Source: Candidatus Uhrbacteria bacterium RIFCSPHIGHO2_01_FULL_63_20
GTDB lineage: Bacteria; Patescibacteriota; Patescibacteriia; UBA9934; GWF2-40-263
Assembly (NCBI GenBank): GCA_001791045.1
Contig: MGDT01000004.1
Coordinates: 136,767 to 200,766 of the forward strand
Direction: 5' to 3'
DNA length: 64,000 bases
Shown here: positions 11,130 to 19,491 of the stretch, one piece after another
How positions within the stretch are numbered: the first letter of the stretch is position 1
Layout: each line of letters begins with the position of its first letter
Position numbers and translations under genes: made by a program
The notes under the pieces: model-generated
What the model was told of the DNA's origin: nothing
Databases searched by the model: none
Seen by the model: only the letters and a program-made list of their open reading frames with translations

Positions 11130-12053
11130 TCAACTCGCCGACATCAAAATGGCACGAGTCAACTCAAACGCATCCGCATGCGCGCACGCTCCCAAGTACG
11201 AGGTGAGATTTTCCTGCTTTCCCAGTCTCAACATCCGTTTTTTCGTCTTCGTCCGCAGAATCGTCGCCTGCGGCAGGAGGACATATCCAAGAAAGTCGAT
11301 TCCTTGCTTCCATGTCCGAACGATGATCTTATTCGGATGAAGTCGGAGTTTCAAATGCTCGCCGAGAAACGCGTCAGCTTGTTCCGCCAATTGGAATGCC
11401 CGTTCTTTCGAGGAAGCAAGCATCACGAAATCATCGCAATAACGGAGGCAGTGGTGAACGCGCAGGCCGTGCTTCACGAACCAATCCAGCTCGTGCAGGT
11501 ATACGTTCGCGAATAGCTGGCTGGTGAGATTACCAAGAGGGATGCCCTTGCCTGGCCGTGTCGAGAAACTACCAATGATTTCCCGAAGCAGGTCCATGAG
11601 GCGCCTGTCATGGATCCGACGCCGGAGCAGGCCGATGAGGATCCCATGTTCCACCGAATCAAAGAACTTCCTCACGTCGCATTTCACGGCATAGACGGTC
11701 TTCCTACCGTTCCGGCTCGCTTGCCGGAGGAACAGGCGCAACCGTCGGACGGCCGCATGCGTCCCCTTCCCGATGCGGCAGGAATAGCTGTCATGGATGA
11801 ACTGCCGCTCGAATGACGGTTCGATGACGTTCACGAGCGCCTGGTGGACGACGCGGTCACGGACGTTTGCCTTGTGAATCGTGCGCTGTTTCGGGTCGAA
11901 AACGACAAAGCGGTGATACGCGCCGTGCCGATAGCGGCCCGCGAGCAGGTCATCGCGCAATGCGAACAGGTTGTCCTCCAGATTCCGCTCGAATACCATG
12001 ACGTCAGGCCGCGACCGCTTCCCTTTCCGGAATTTTTCCCACGCGACGACCAA
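11130..12053 (-). CDS. DGR-type reverse transcriptase (5' end unresolved)
   Basis: RT motifs including IPLGNLTSQLFANVYL (DGR-typical (I/L)GxxxSQ) and the catalytic box YCDDFV. The listed start is a TTG inside the conserved N-terminal block (SFEN-L-VVAWEKFRKGKRS). The frame stays open upstream without a start codon. Confidence 0.9.
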   Translation of the reverse strand: MVVAWEKFRKGKRSRPDVMVFERNLEDNLFALRDDLLAGRYRHGAYHRFVVFDPKQRTIHKANVRDRVVHQALVNVIEPSFERQFIHDSYSCRIGKGTHAAVRRLRLFLRQASRNGRKTVYAVKCDVRKFFDSVEHGILIGLLRRRIHDRRLMDLLREIIGSFSTRPGKGIPLGNLTSQLFANVYLHELDWFVKHGLRVHHCLRYCDDFVMLASSKERAFQLAEQADAFLGEHLKLRLHPNKIIVRTWKQGIDFLGYVLLPQATILRTKTKKRMLRLGKQENLTSYLGACAHADAFELTRAILMSAS

Positions 12054-12133
12054 ATTCTCGAACGAACATAACCGATCGAAACTATGCGCCCCATAAGCCC
12101 CCCCCCCGACGGAATCCCGAACTCCATCGCGAG

Positions 12134-12487
12134 TTGGCGCGGACTCCTGCTGACATCCCTCTCGTCCATACGCTTTACGCCGCCTACGCGGCGTGGCATG
12201 ACATCTTGTTGAAATTTCCGAAGGCGGAACGGTACTCGCTGGGGGAAACGATTTCGAGACGCTTGCTCGAAACGATAGAACTCATCCTCGGAGCCGCTTC
12301 AACCGCCGATGCTGCGGAAAAGCTGAAACACCTGCGTGAAGCGAGCGCGAAGCTCGATACGCTCAAGCTCCTAGTCCGCCTCGCGAAAGATTGCCGCTGC
12401 CTTCCGAATCAGCACTATCTCGACATGGAATCCCGCTTGCATGAAGCGGGCAAGATGATCGGTGGATGGCTTAAATCCATCGGATAA
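12134..12487 (+). CDS. avd: Avd-like four-helix-bundle protein (23S-IVS protein family)
   Basis: 117-aa helical ORF. The blocks FPKAERYSLGETISRRLLETIELI, LREASAKLDTLKLLVRLAKD and LHEAGKMIGGWLKSI match the four-helix-bundle family to which DGR Avd belongs. TTG start. It lies on the strand opposite to RT, TR and VR. Confidence 0.7.
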   Translation: MARTPADIPLVHTLYAAYAAWHDILLKFPKAERYSLGETISRRLLETIELILGAASTADAAEKLKHLREASAKLDTLKLLVRLAKDCRCLPNQHYLDMESRLHEAGKMIGGWLKSIG

Positions 12488-12513
12488 GAAAGAGCGCCGA
12501 TTGGCGCTCTTTC
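12488..12513. other. 11-bp perfect hairpin between avd and TR
   Basis: GAAAGAGCGCC-gatt-GGCGCTCTTTC. It could terminate avd (+) and/or form part of the TR-RNA 3' spacer structure (-). Confidence 0.6.
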
Positions 12514-12525
12514 TCGTTGGGTACT

Positions 12526-12655
12526 CCCGAGGAACACCGGCACCGCCCAGTTGTCGTTCTCGTTGTCTGCGTGATTCGCATTCAGCTTCACCTGGCGATC
12601 GTCGAGGTTGAAGTTGACGTTCGGCGCGTTCGACCAGGGGTCGTTGTCGGGAACC
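12526..12655 (-). repeat. DGR template repeat (TR), 130 bp
   Basis: Aligns without gaps to 12977-13106. In the coding sense it is rich in AAC codons (VPDNDPWSNAPNVNFNLDDRQVKLNANHADNENDNWAVPVFLG). Confidence 0.9.
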
Positions 12656-12970
12656 AATGTTGCGCTGTCGCCTTCTGTTTCACCGGACCCAGACGCATCC
12701 GGATCCTGTATTTTATGCGGGACACAATGGGTACAACCCCCTTGTCCCAAGCAACAGCACGGAGTGCCCTTCATTCGCATCGTGCGCTCCACAACACCTT
12801 GATGTTTGGATTCTGACGATCTGTGCGAAGTCGGACGATCCGGGGACGCACATCCGTAAACGTGCGTTCACGACCCGAATCTATAGATCAATATAACAAA
12901 AAGAGCCCGGCGGACCAAGGACTAAGAGTCCAAGATCCACCGAGCTCCAAGGGGCCAAGCGCCCAGTTCC

Positions 12971-13927
12971 TCACTCCCCGAGGAACACCGGCACCGCCCA
13001 GCGGTCGTGCTCGCCGTCCGCGAGAGCCGCAGACAGCCACACCCGGCGATCGCCGAGGCTGAAGCCGACGTCCGGCGCGCGCGACCAGGGGTCGCTGTCG
13101 GGAACCGTACACTGCAGGCCCGGAATCCAGAAGCCAAAGCGCTTCTTGTAGTCCGTGGCCTTGATGCGCTCCGGGTGCTGCGCGGCTACGAACAGCAACG
13201 CGACGCCTGGGGAACGCTTGGGGTCGCGGACGTTCACGGGCTTCTTGCCCACGTTGGCGTCAAGCTTCACGCGGCGCCAGCGTAGGGTGAAGGGTTCGAA
13301 CGCTTCGGCTCCTTCCAGCAAGCGCAGTTTCGCGGGGTCGGTGTTGAGGCCGTCCCAGCGGTAGCTGTCGTGCTGGCCGTCCTTGGTCCATTCCCAGGCG
13401 AACTCGAAGGTTTCCTGGAGGGTGGCGAGGGTCGCGTCGAGCACCACCACGACCTCGGGGTCGTCGGTGAACTCGGGCGGCGTCTCGCTTCCGACGAAGT
13501 GGAACCGGTCGAAGTCGATGCCTTTGTCCTTGCAGCGGGCCTTGAAGGCCTCGAGCTGGACGAGGGCGGCGTTGAACACGCCGTGGACGAGGTCGGTGCG
13601 GAAGGCGGCGTGCTTGCGCATGGCCTTCAGCATGTCATCGAACACCGAGCGGTGCTCGGGTTTGAGACAGAGCTCCGCCTCTTCCGGCGTCATGCCGGAA
13701 CGGCCGAAGCAATCCGCGAACTCCTGCACCTGCGTGAAGCGCATCTGGCTGGTGAGACTGGCCATGAGCCGATCCCCTTTCGTTGCCGCGCGGACCAATC
13801 CTTCCCGCCACCATGGCAGGTCAGACCAATCCTTTGTTGAGAGCGGCCATTCGGGCCCTTCGATAAACTCAGGGCGCAAAATACCGTTCTCAACGGTGGC
13901 GATTAAATGTTCGACGCGGAAAATCAT
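12971..13927 (-). CDS. DGR variable (target) protein, C-terminal CLec-type variable region
   Basis: VR occupies residues up to 1 codon before the stop. The invariant W/AVPVF scaffold is typical of DGR CLec-fold ends. The start is uncertain; see findings. Confidence 0.8.
   Translation of the reverse strand: MIFRVEHLIATVENGILRPEFIEGPEWPLSTKDWSDLPWWREGLVRAATKGDRLMASLTSQMRFTQVQEFADCFGRSGMTPEEAELCLKPEHRSVFDDMLKAMRKHAAFRTDLVHGVFNAALVQLEAFKARCKDKGIDFDRFHFVGSETPPEFTDDPEVVVVLDATLATLQETFEFAWEWTKDGQHDSYRWDGLNTDPAKLRLLEGAEAFEPFTLRWRRVKLDANVGKKPVNVRDPKRSPGVALLFVAAQHPERIKATDYKKRFGFWIPGLQCTVPDSDPWSRAPDVGFSLGDRRVWLSAALADGEHDRWAVPVFLGE
12977..13106 (-). repeat. DGR variable repeat (VR), 130 bp, last 43 codons of the target gene
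   Basis: It differs from TR at 22 positions, and every one is a T on the + strand, meaning an A in the coding-sense TR. VR encodes VPDSDPWSRAPDVGFSLGDRRVWLSAALADGEHDRWAVPVFLG. Confidence 0.9.
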
Positions 13928-13951
13928 ACCACTTTTTTGCGGTTTTGTCAA
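13923..13951 (-). promoter_or_regulatory. consensus promoter (TTGACA-17-TATGAT with TGG extension)
   Basis: Minus strand: TTGACA (13951-13946), AAACCGCAAAAAAGTGG spacer, TATGAT (13928-13923). The -10 element overlaps the ATG at 13927. Confidence 0.5.
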
Positions 13952-14026
13952 GAGGATATACGTCATTATTCCGCTATAATCAGCCATTTTTGAATAATCG
14001 ACATGTAATGCTACAATGCGTCCGTT

Positions 14027-14287
14027 ATGCCCGTCGCGGTCCTCTTACTCCCCTATCTCCTATTCCTCCTCCTGTACGCGGTGTATGGGGGATTCGTGCT
14101 CTACCACCTCACCCGCTTCGGGATCGCCGGAAAGGGGTTGTACCTGACCGCTGGCGGGTTCGTCATCGGCACCACGATCCTCCTGCTCGTCTCGGCCGTG
14201 GGACTCGGTTCCTTCGATTGGTCCGTCCCGATGTCTGTGGACTTCCTGAACCTGCCGTCGACCAGCGCGTTCCCCTCCGCCCTATGA
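14027..14287 (+). CDS. small membrane protein (86 aa, 2-3 TM)
   Basis: Hydrophobic ORF MPVAVLLLPYLLFLLLYAVYGGFVLY.... Its stop overlaps the next start (ATGA). A TTGAAT-N-TACAAT promoter lies upstream (~13990-14017). Confidence 0.5.
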   Translation: MPVAVLLLPYLLFLLLYAVYGGFVLYHLTRFGIAGKGLYLTAGGFVIGTTILLLVSAVGLGSFDWSVPMSVDFLNLPSTSAFPSAL

Positions 14288-14862
14288 TGCGCCTCGACCA
14301 ACTCCCCAACCAGGCGCGCGACGAGAAGATCGTCCTCCTGCTGCGCCGCCACTGGTTCACGGTACTCCCCATCCTGTTCATGTTCCTGGGGCTCTCGGCG
14401 GCCCCGCTCGTGGCCGTGATCCTGTTCCCCGAACGCCTCACGGACCTGCTCGCGCATCCGACCGCGGGCCCCCTCATCGCGCTGTGCGCCTCGGCGTATT
14501 ATCTTGGCGTGTGGCTGTTCACCTGCTTCGAATTCGTGGACTACTACCTCGACGTGTGGATCATCACCAACGAACGGGTGATCAACATCGAGCAGGTCGG
14601 GCTGTTCAACCGCACCGTGAGCGAGCTGCATCTGGCCAACATCCAGGACGTGACGAGCGAGGTGAAAGGGATCGTGAAGACGCTGCTCGACTACGGCGAC
14701 ATGCACGTGCAATCCTCGGCCGAGAAGGTGCGGTTCCACTTCAAGGACATCCCGCGTCCCGACCAGGTGAAGCAACAGGTGCTCGACCTCGTGCATGACG
14801 ACCAGGGCCGCCACGGGACCGGAACCCCTGCTCCGACCCCGATGCAAAAACCGACGGTCTAG
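14284..14862 (+). CDS. membrane protein with bacterial PH (bPH_2/YdbT-like) domain
   Basis: RRHWFTVL, then two TM helices, then DVWIITNERVINIEQVGLFNRTVSELHLANIQDV...DYGDMHVQS. This is the typical bPH_2 topology. The 305-aa track ORF is an artefactual upstream extension. Confidence 0.6.
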   Translation: MMRLDQLPNQARDEKIVLLLRRHWFTVLPILFMFLGLSAAPLVAVILFPERLTDLLAHPTAGPLIALCASAYYLGVWLFTCFEFVDYYLDVWIITNERVINIEQVGLFNRTVSELHLANIQDVTSEVKGIVKTLLDYGDMHVQSSAEKVRFHFKDIPRPDQVKQQVLDLVHDDQGRHGTGTPAPTPMQKPTV

Positions 14863-14877
14863 CCGTCGGTTTTCGAT

Positions 14878-16698
14878 TTACTTCCACCGCTTCAGGATGG
14901 CGATGTTCGTGTAGAAGTAGTGGAGGATCTGCTCCCAGCCCTGCCCGCGGTTGGCCATGCACAGCGCCTCGGTGGCGCTCATGCCGATGCCGTGGCCCCA
15001 CAGATTGTACCCCTTTTCCTTGTCGCACGGGCAGGCCACGCCTTTCACCCACGGGACGTCGCCGCCCCACACCTCGCCCCAGTCATACGTGCGTCCGGCG
15101 GAACGGGAGAAGTACGGGGTGATGGCCGTGCGCCCTTCGTAGGTGACCACCTGCCCGCGCGTTTCCTCGACGCTTCTCACGATACGCGGCGAGTTCGCCT
15201 CCTGGTCGTACCCGCGATACACCTGGTCGTCGGCGTACCCGGTGATGTGGAAGAACTCGGGCCCGCGTTTGGTGCCGCGCTCGAAGTGGTAGGTGGCGTA
15301 CGTGCGCGCCGCGGTCACGAGCGCCTTCTGGTACTCCATGTGGCTCACGTTGCTCGTCTCGCCCAGGCCCTTCAGGTACCACTCCATGGGCAGCTCGTTG
15401 ATGAGCCAGGTGCGGGTCTTCGCGTCATTGTAGCGCAGCTCAAGCACGTTGCGGTACCGGTTGTACGGCCGGTCGGCGCCTCGGTTGCGGCGGTCCCAGT
15501 TCTCCACGGTGCAAACGGCGTTGGGCTCGTTGGGAACGAAGCGCAGGAAGTGCGGCGTTTTCTCGAACCCATTGCCCCGGTCGAACCAGTAGCGGCTCTG
15601 CTTATAGAGCGCGGTCACCGGCTTCCCGGCTGGCAGTTCCGCGAGCAGCGCGCCGTCCCCGCCCATGAGCTTCCACGCGGTCTCGCAGCTCACCTTCACC
15701 TCGTTGTTGGTCTCCCCGTCCACGATCAGGATCCCGACGCGCAGCATGGGCTCCTGCATGGGGAACGTTTCCGGAATTTCCTGCACGATCGGCACATTGA
15801 ACGCCTCGGGAGAGCCGCTCGTGACCTCGACCGGGATGTCCACCCAATAATCCGGCACCGCTTGGTCGTCCACCACGAGCGCGTATTTCACCACGTGCGT
15901 CCCGGCGGCCCGGGGGGCATTGAACGTGAAGGTGAAGTACTCGAGCGCGCCCGGGGCCACGTCCGCGCCCGCGTTGGCCACCAGCACCGAGGTGGAGAGC
16001 CACGAGCCGTTCATGGTCTCGTTGCGCACGCTCGCGGCCGACACCGACGGCACGCGCAATTCGCGGCGCTTCCAGGCAAGCGTCCCCGTGTTCTTGATCC
16101 CGACCGTGTAGGTGACGGCATCCCCGCCCTTGCTCACCAGCACTTTCTTCTGCGACCGGATGAGGGTGAGGGCGGAAAGGCCGGTGGGGCTTGAAGGGCT
16201 TTGGGTCGGGGGAACGACCAGTAGTTCGGCTTTGGGCGTTTGCGCGACCACGATCTTCACGGTAAAGAGCCCGCCCGGGATCCACGCCACGTCCTCGGCC
16301 GCGAGGTTGAACGTTTCCTGATACTCGCCAGTGACCTTGGGCGCCTTCAGCTTGAAGCTGATCGTGCCGGTCTCTCCCGCGCGCGCGGTCTGTTCCCTCA
16401 TGACGGAAGGCTGCGTCGACGATTTCCACGATAGGTCCTGGAACAGGCTCGCGCGGTATTTGGGACCGTAGGTGTACACCGAAACGTACCCAGGACCCAT
16501 GTTCGCCCACGAGGCGGTGCCGATGTTCTTGAAGGTGATGGTGAAGTCCTTGGTCTCCCCGGGCGCGAGCGTGAGCTTGCCCGAGCCGGAGCTCGACACC
16601 TGGAGCGCTTCATACCCCTTGAGCGGGGCCGCCAAGGCCGTGGTCGGAGCCGACACGGCGACGAACGCCCCCAAGAGGACGGCGACGACGATCCGCAT
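14878..16698 (-). CDS. secreted SpoIID/LytB-domain protein with N-terminal Ig-like repeats
   Basis: Signal peptide MRIVVAVLLGAFVAVSAPTTALA. Repeated beta-rich modules follow. The C-terminal SpoIID block reads YLKGLGE..EYQKALVTAARTYA...DDQVYRGY...ITPYFSRSAGRT...HGIGMS. Confidence 0.85.
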   Translation of the reverse strand: MRIVVAVLLGAFVAVSAPTTALAAPLKGYEALQVSSSGSGKLTLAPGETKDFTITFKNIGTASWANMGPGYVSVYTYGPKYRASLFQDLSWKSSTQPSVMREQTARAGETGTISFKLKAPKVTGEYQETFNLAAEDVAWIPGGLFTVKIVVAQTPKAELLVVPPTQSPSSPTGLSALTLIRSQKKVLVSKGGDAVTYTVGIKNTGTLAWKRRELRVPSVSAASVRNETMNGSWLSTSVLVANAGADVAPGALEYFTFTFNAPRAAGTHVVKYALVVDDQAVPDYWVDIPVEVTSGSPEAFNVPIVQEIPETFPMQEPMLRVGILIVDGETNNEVKVSCETAWKLMGGDGALLAELPAGKPVTALYKQSRYWFDRGNGFEKTPHFLRFVPNEPNAVCTVENWDRRNRGADRPYNRYRNVLELRYNDAKTRTWLINELPMEWYLKGLGETSNVSHMEYQKALVTAARTYATYHFERGTKRGPEFFHITGYADDQVYRGYDQEANSPRIVRSVEETRGQVVTYEGRTAITPYFSRSAGRTYDWGEVWGGDVPWVKGVACPCDKEKGYNLWGHGIGMSATEALCMANRGQGWEQILHYFYTNIAILKRWK

Positions 16699-16794
16699 GG
16701 CATTGCGCGACAAAGCTCCCTCCATAATTCGCCAATATCTTAGCCAAGATTCCTCCTTCCGTCAAAGACGGTTCATGCTACTATACACGGCGCT

Positions 16795-18234
16795 ATGGCA
16801 TTAGGTCGCACGTTGAGCACGAATTTCGCCCTCCAGCTCCTTGGGAAGGGCGCCTCGGCGTTGCTCGGCCTCGTGTTGGTCGCGCTCCTCACCCGCGCGC
16901 TCGGCCCCCTCGGGTACGGCGAATACACCACGGCAATCACCTATCTCCAGTTCTTCGGGGTGATCGTGGATTTCGGGCTCACCCTCACGCTCATGGTGAT
17001 GATCTCCGAGTCAGGCGCCGACGAGGAGAAAGTCGCGGGCAACATCCTCGGGCTCCGCCTCGTCTCCGCCGCGATCCTGTTCGCGCTCGCGCCGGTGATC
17101 GCCATGCCCATTCCCTGGTCGCCCGCCGTGAAGGCCGCGATCGCGGTGGGCGCCGTCGCGTACTTCCTCATGTCCGGCGCGACCGTGCTCGTGGGCGTAT
17201 TCCAGCGTCATGCAGCCATCTGGCGCGCGTCGGTCGCCGAACTCGCGAGCCGCGTGTTGCTCGTCGCCGCCACCGCCGCGCTCGCCTACGCGCACGCGGG
17301 GCTCGTGGCCATGTTCGTGGCGCTGGTCGTCGCGAACGTCATCTGGCTCGCGCTCACGGTGCTCCTTGCGCGGCCGCTCGTGCGACTGCGTCCGCTGTTT
17401 GATTTCGCGGCTTGGAAAACGGTGATCTCCCGCAGCTGGCCCATCGCCATTTCCATCGCGTTCAACCTCATCTACTTGAAGGGGGACGTCATCATCATCT
17501 CCCTGATCCGGACGCAGCAGGAAGTGGGGTTTTACGGGGTCGCGTACCGCTTCTTGGACGTGCTCACCGCGCTCCCCACCATGTTCATGGGACTCATGCT
17601 CCCCTCGCTCGTCGCTGACTGGACCGCCGCGCGGCGCGAGGAGTTTTCGCGCCACATGGCGCGCGCCTTCGACGTGTTCGCGCTCGCCTGCGCCCCGATC
17701 GTGTTCGGCGGGATTGCCATCGCGCCGCAGCTCATCGGCCTCATCGCCGGTCCTGGGTTCGAGGACGCGGTGCCGGCCATGCGGATCCTCATGCTCGCCG
17801 TGCCGGGAATCTTCTTGGGCGCGCTCTATGGCCACGCGGTGGTGGGAGTGGGAAGGCAGCGCCAGATGATATCGGGCTACGCGGTCACGGCGATCCTCAC
17901 GATCGCGGCGTACCTCGCGGTGATCCCGCGCTGGGGGATCGAGGGGGCCGCGTGGGCCACGGTCGCGTCGGAGCTGCTCATCGCCTTCCTCACCTACCGC
18001 ATGGTGCGGCACGCCGGCTCCGCGGCCCCGTCGCTTTCGATCGCGCTACGCTCGCTCCTCGCCGCTGGCGGGATGTACGTCCTGCTCCAACTCATCCCGG
18101 GCATGAGCGCCGTCGCGTCGCTCGTCGTGGGAGCATGCTCGTATATGGCGTTCGCCTATGCGCTGGGAGCGATCCGGAAGGAGGACCTGCGCATGCTCAT
18201 CCCGCACCGTTCGCCGGATTTCACCCGTGAGTAA
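16795..18234 (+). CDS. MOP-superfamily polysaccharide/lipid-linked oligosaccharide flippase (Wzx/MurJ-like)
   Basis: 479 aa with ~12-14 TM helices. The N-terminal ...LLGKGASALLGLVLVALLTRALGPLGYGEY is typical of polysaccharide biosynthesis flippases. Confidence 0.8.
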   Translation: MALGRTLSTNFALQLLGKGASALLGLVLVALLTRALGPLGYGEYTTAITYLQFFGVIVDFGLTLTLMVMISESGADEEKVAGNILGLRLVSAAILFALAPVIAMPIPWSPAVKAAIAVGAVAYFLMSGATVLVGVFQRHAAIWRASVAELASRVLLVAATAALAYAHAGLVAMFVALVVANVIWLALTVLLARPLVRLRPLFDFAAWKTVISRSWPIAISIAFNLIYLKGDVIIISLIRTQQEVGFYGVAYRFLDVLTALPTMFMGLMLPSLVADWTAARREEFSRHMARAFDVFALACAPIVFGGIAIAPQLIGLIAGPGFEDAVPAMRILMLAVPGIFLGALYGHAVVGVGRQRQMISGYAVTAILTIAAYLAVIPRWGIEGAAWATVASELLIAFLTYRMVRHAGSAAPSLSIALRSLLAAGGMYVLLQLIPGMSAVASLVVGACSYMAFAYALGAIRKEDLRMLIPHRSPDFTRE

Positions 18235-18266
18235 AATGCTCCGACCGGAGCAAAACGTTCACGCCT

Positions 18267-19487
18267 GTGTACGCCACCCTTCTCATCGTCGTCTGCGGCC
18301 TGTTCGCCTTCATCGCCTGGCGCGACTTGAAGACCGCCGTCCTCTTGTTTTGCGCCGCGCTGCCCGTCTACCTCATCCGCTTCCACATCGGGCCGATCCC
18401 ATCGACGTTGCTTGAAGCGTTTTTTGGCATCCTGTTCATCATCTGGGTCATACGGACCCACCCATGGCATAAGGAAATCCTCCCGCGCGGGTGGGCGCTG
18501 CCATTCGGCCTGCTCGTCCTCGCCGGGATCGTCAGCTTCTTCGTCTCCCCCGACAGGCTGGCCGCGCTGGGTTTGTTCAAGGCCTACCTCGTCGAGCCCG
18601 TCTTTTTCTTCCTGATCGTCCGCGACCTGTTCCATGCGTCCGAAGATCGGACGAACCTGCTGCGATCCCTCGCGGCCGGAGGTCTTTTCGTCGCGGCGTT
18701 CGGCATCTGGCAATTCGTCACGGGGAGCGGCATTCCTGTCCCGTGGGATCTCGAGCGCCGCGTGACCGGCCCGTTCCCGTATCCGAACGCTCTCGGCCTG
18801 TATCTGGCCCCCTTGGTGGTCATCGCAGCACTCGGTGCTTGGCACGACGTGAAATTCCGCGCGTGGTGGATCGCATTCCTCCTTCTCTCGGGCGTCGCGC
18901 TCATCTTTTCGAAGACCGAAGCGGCCTGGGCATCCGTCCCGGCCGTCGTGTTCCTCCTGTTCGTCCGCGAAAAACGCTTCCGCAAGCAGGCGATCGCCGT
19001 CGCCGCCTGTCTCATCCTCCTCGTCGCGCTCATCCCTGCCGTACGTGGTCCCGTGACAGAAAAACTGCTCCTGCGCGACCTGTCCGGACAGGTGCGCATC
19101 GCCCAGTGGAAGGACACCGCGGCGTTCCTGAAGGACCATCCCATCTTCGGCGCGGGGCTCTCGGGCTATCCGATCGCGATCGAGCCGTATCACACGCATC
19201 CCGAGTTCGAGATCTTCCAGGATCCGCACGACATCGTGCTCAACATCTGGGTGGAGCTTGGTCTCATCGGCCTTCTCGCCGCGTGCCTCATCGGCAGAAA
19301 CGTCTGGCGTTCGGAAAAACCGGATTGGCCCGCGCTCGCCGCCTCGTTCGCCCTGCTCCAGATGGTCATCCACGGCCTGGTGGACGTGCCGTTCCTCAAG
19401 AACGACCTCGCGATGATGGCCTTCGCGCTGCTCGCACTCGTCGCGTCGACAAAAAAGAACACGCGCCCGGGGGATCCGAGCGCGTGA
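18267..19487 (+). CDS. O-antigen ligase/polymerase-family (Wzy_C) membrane protein
   Basis: Polytopic. The central loop ...IFSKTEAAWASVPAV... and the periplasmic HPIFGAGLSGY...PHDIVLNIWVELGLIG match the O-antigen ligase family. Confidence 0.8.
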   Translation: MYATLLIVVCGLFAFIAWRDLKTAVLLFCAALPVYLIRFHIGPIPSTLLEAFFGILFIIWVIRTHPWHKEILPRGWALPFGLLVLAGIVSFFVSPDRLAALGLFKAYLVEPVFFFLIVRDLFHASEDRTNLLRSLAAGGLFVAAFGIWQFVTGSGIPVPWDLERRVTGPFPYPNALGLYLAPLVVIAALGAWHDVKFRAWWIAFLLLSGVALIFSKTEAAWASVPAVVFLLFVREKRFRKQAIAVAACLILLVALIPAVRGPVTEKLLLRDLSGQVRIAQWKDTAAFLKDHPIFGAGLSGYPIAIEPYHTHPEFEIFQDPHDIVLNIWVELGLIGLLAACLIGRNVWRSEKPDWPALAASFALLQMVIHGLVDVPFLKNDLAMMAFALLALVASTKKNTRPGDPSA

Positions 19488-19491
19488 GAGG

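Larger units (their letters stand above)
11130..13987 (-). mobile_element. diversity-generating retroelement (DGR) cassette: target/VR - TR - (inverted avd) - RT
   Basis: See the component features. The TR/VR pair shows adenine-specific mismatches and sits next to a DGR-type RT. Confidence 0.9.

Noticed and set aside
12415-12792. 125-aa ORF containing the Asn-rich sequence VPDNDPWSNAPNVNFNLDD...
   Set aside because: This is the template repeat read in the VR frame. It has no credible start or RBS and runs into the avd terminator, so I treat it as non-coding TR-RNA template.
12890-12976. IMH-associated hairpin or cruciform downstream of VR
   Set aside because: I looked for an inverted repeat just 3' of VR on the coding strand. 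I found only imperfect, mirror-like repeats (CCAAGGACTAAGAGTCCAAG), which cannot form a stem.
13945-14283. N-terminal 113 aa of the 305-aa ORF 13945-14862
   Set aside because: It is out of frame with, and overlaps, the better small membrane gene at 14027-14287. The real bPH-domain gene starts at the ATG at 14284 (ATGA overlap).
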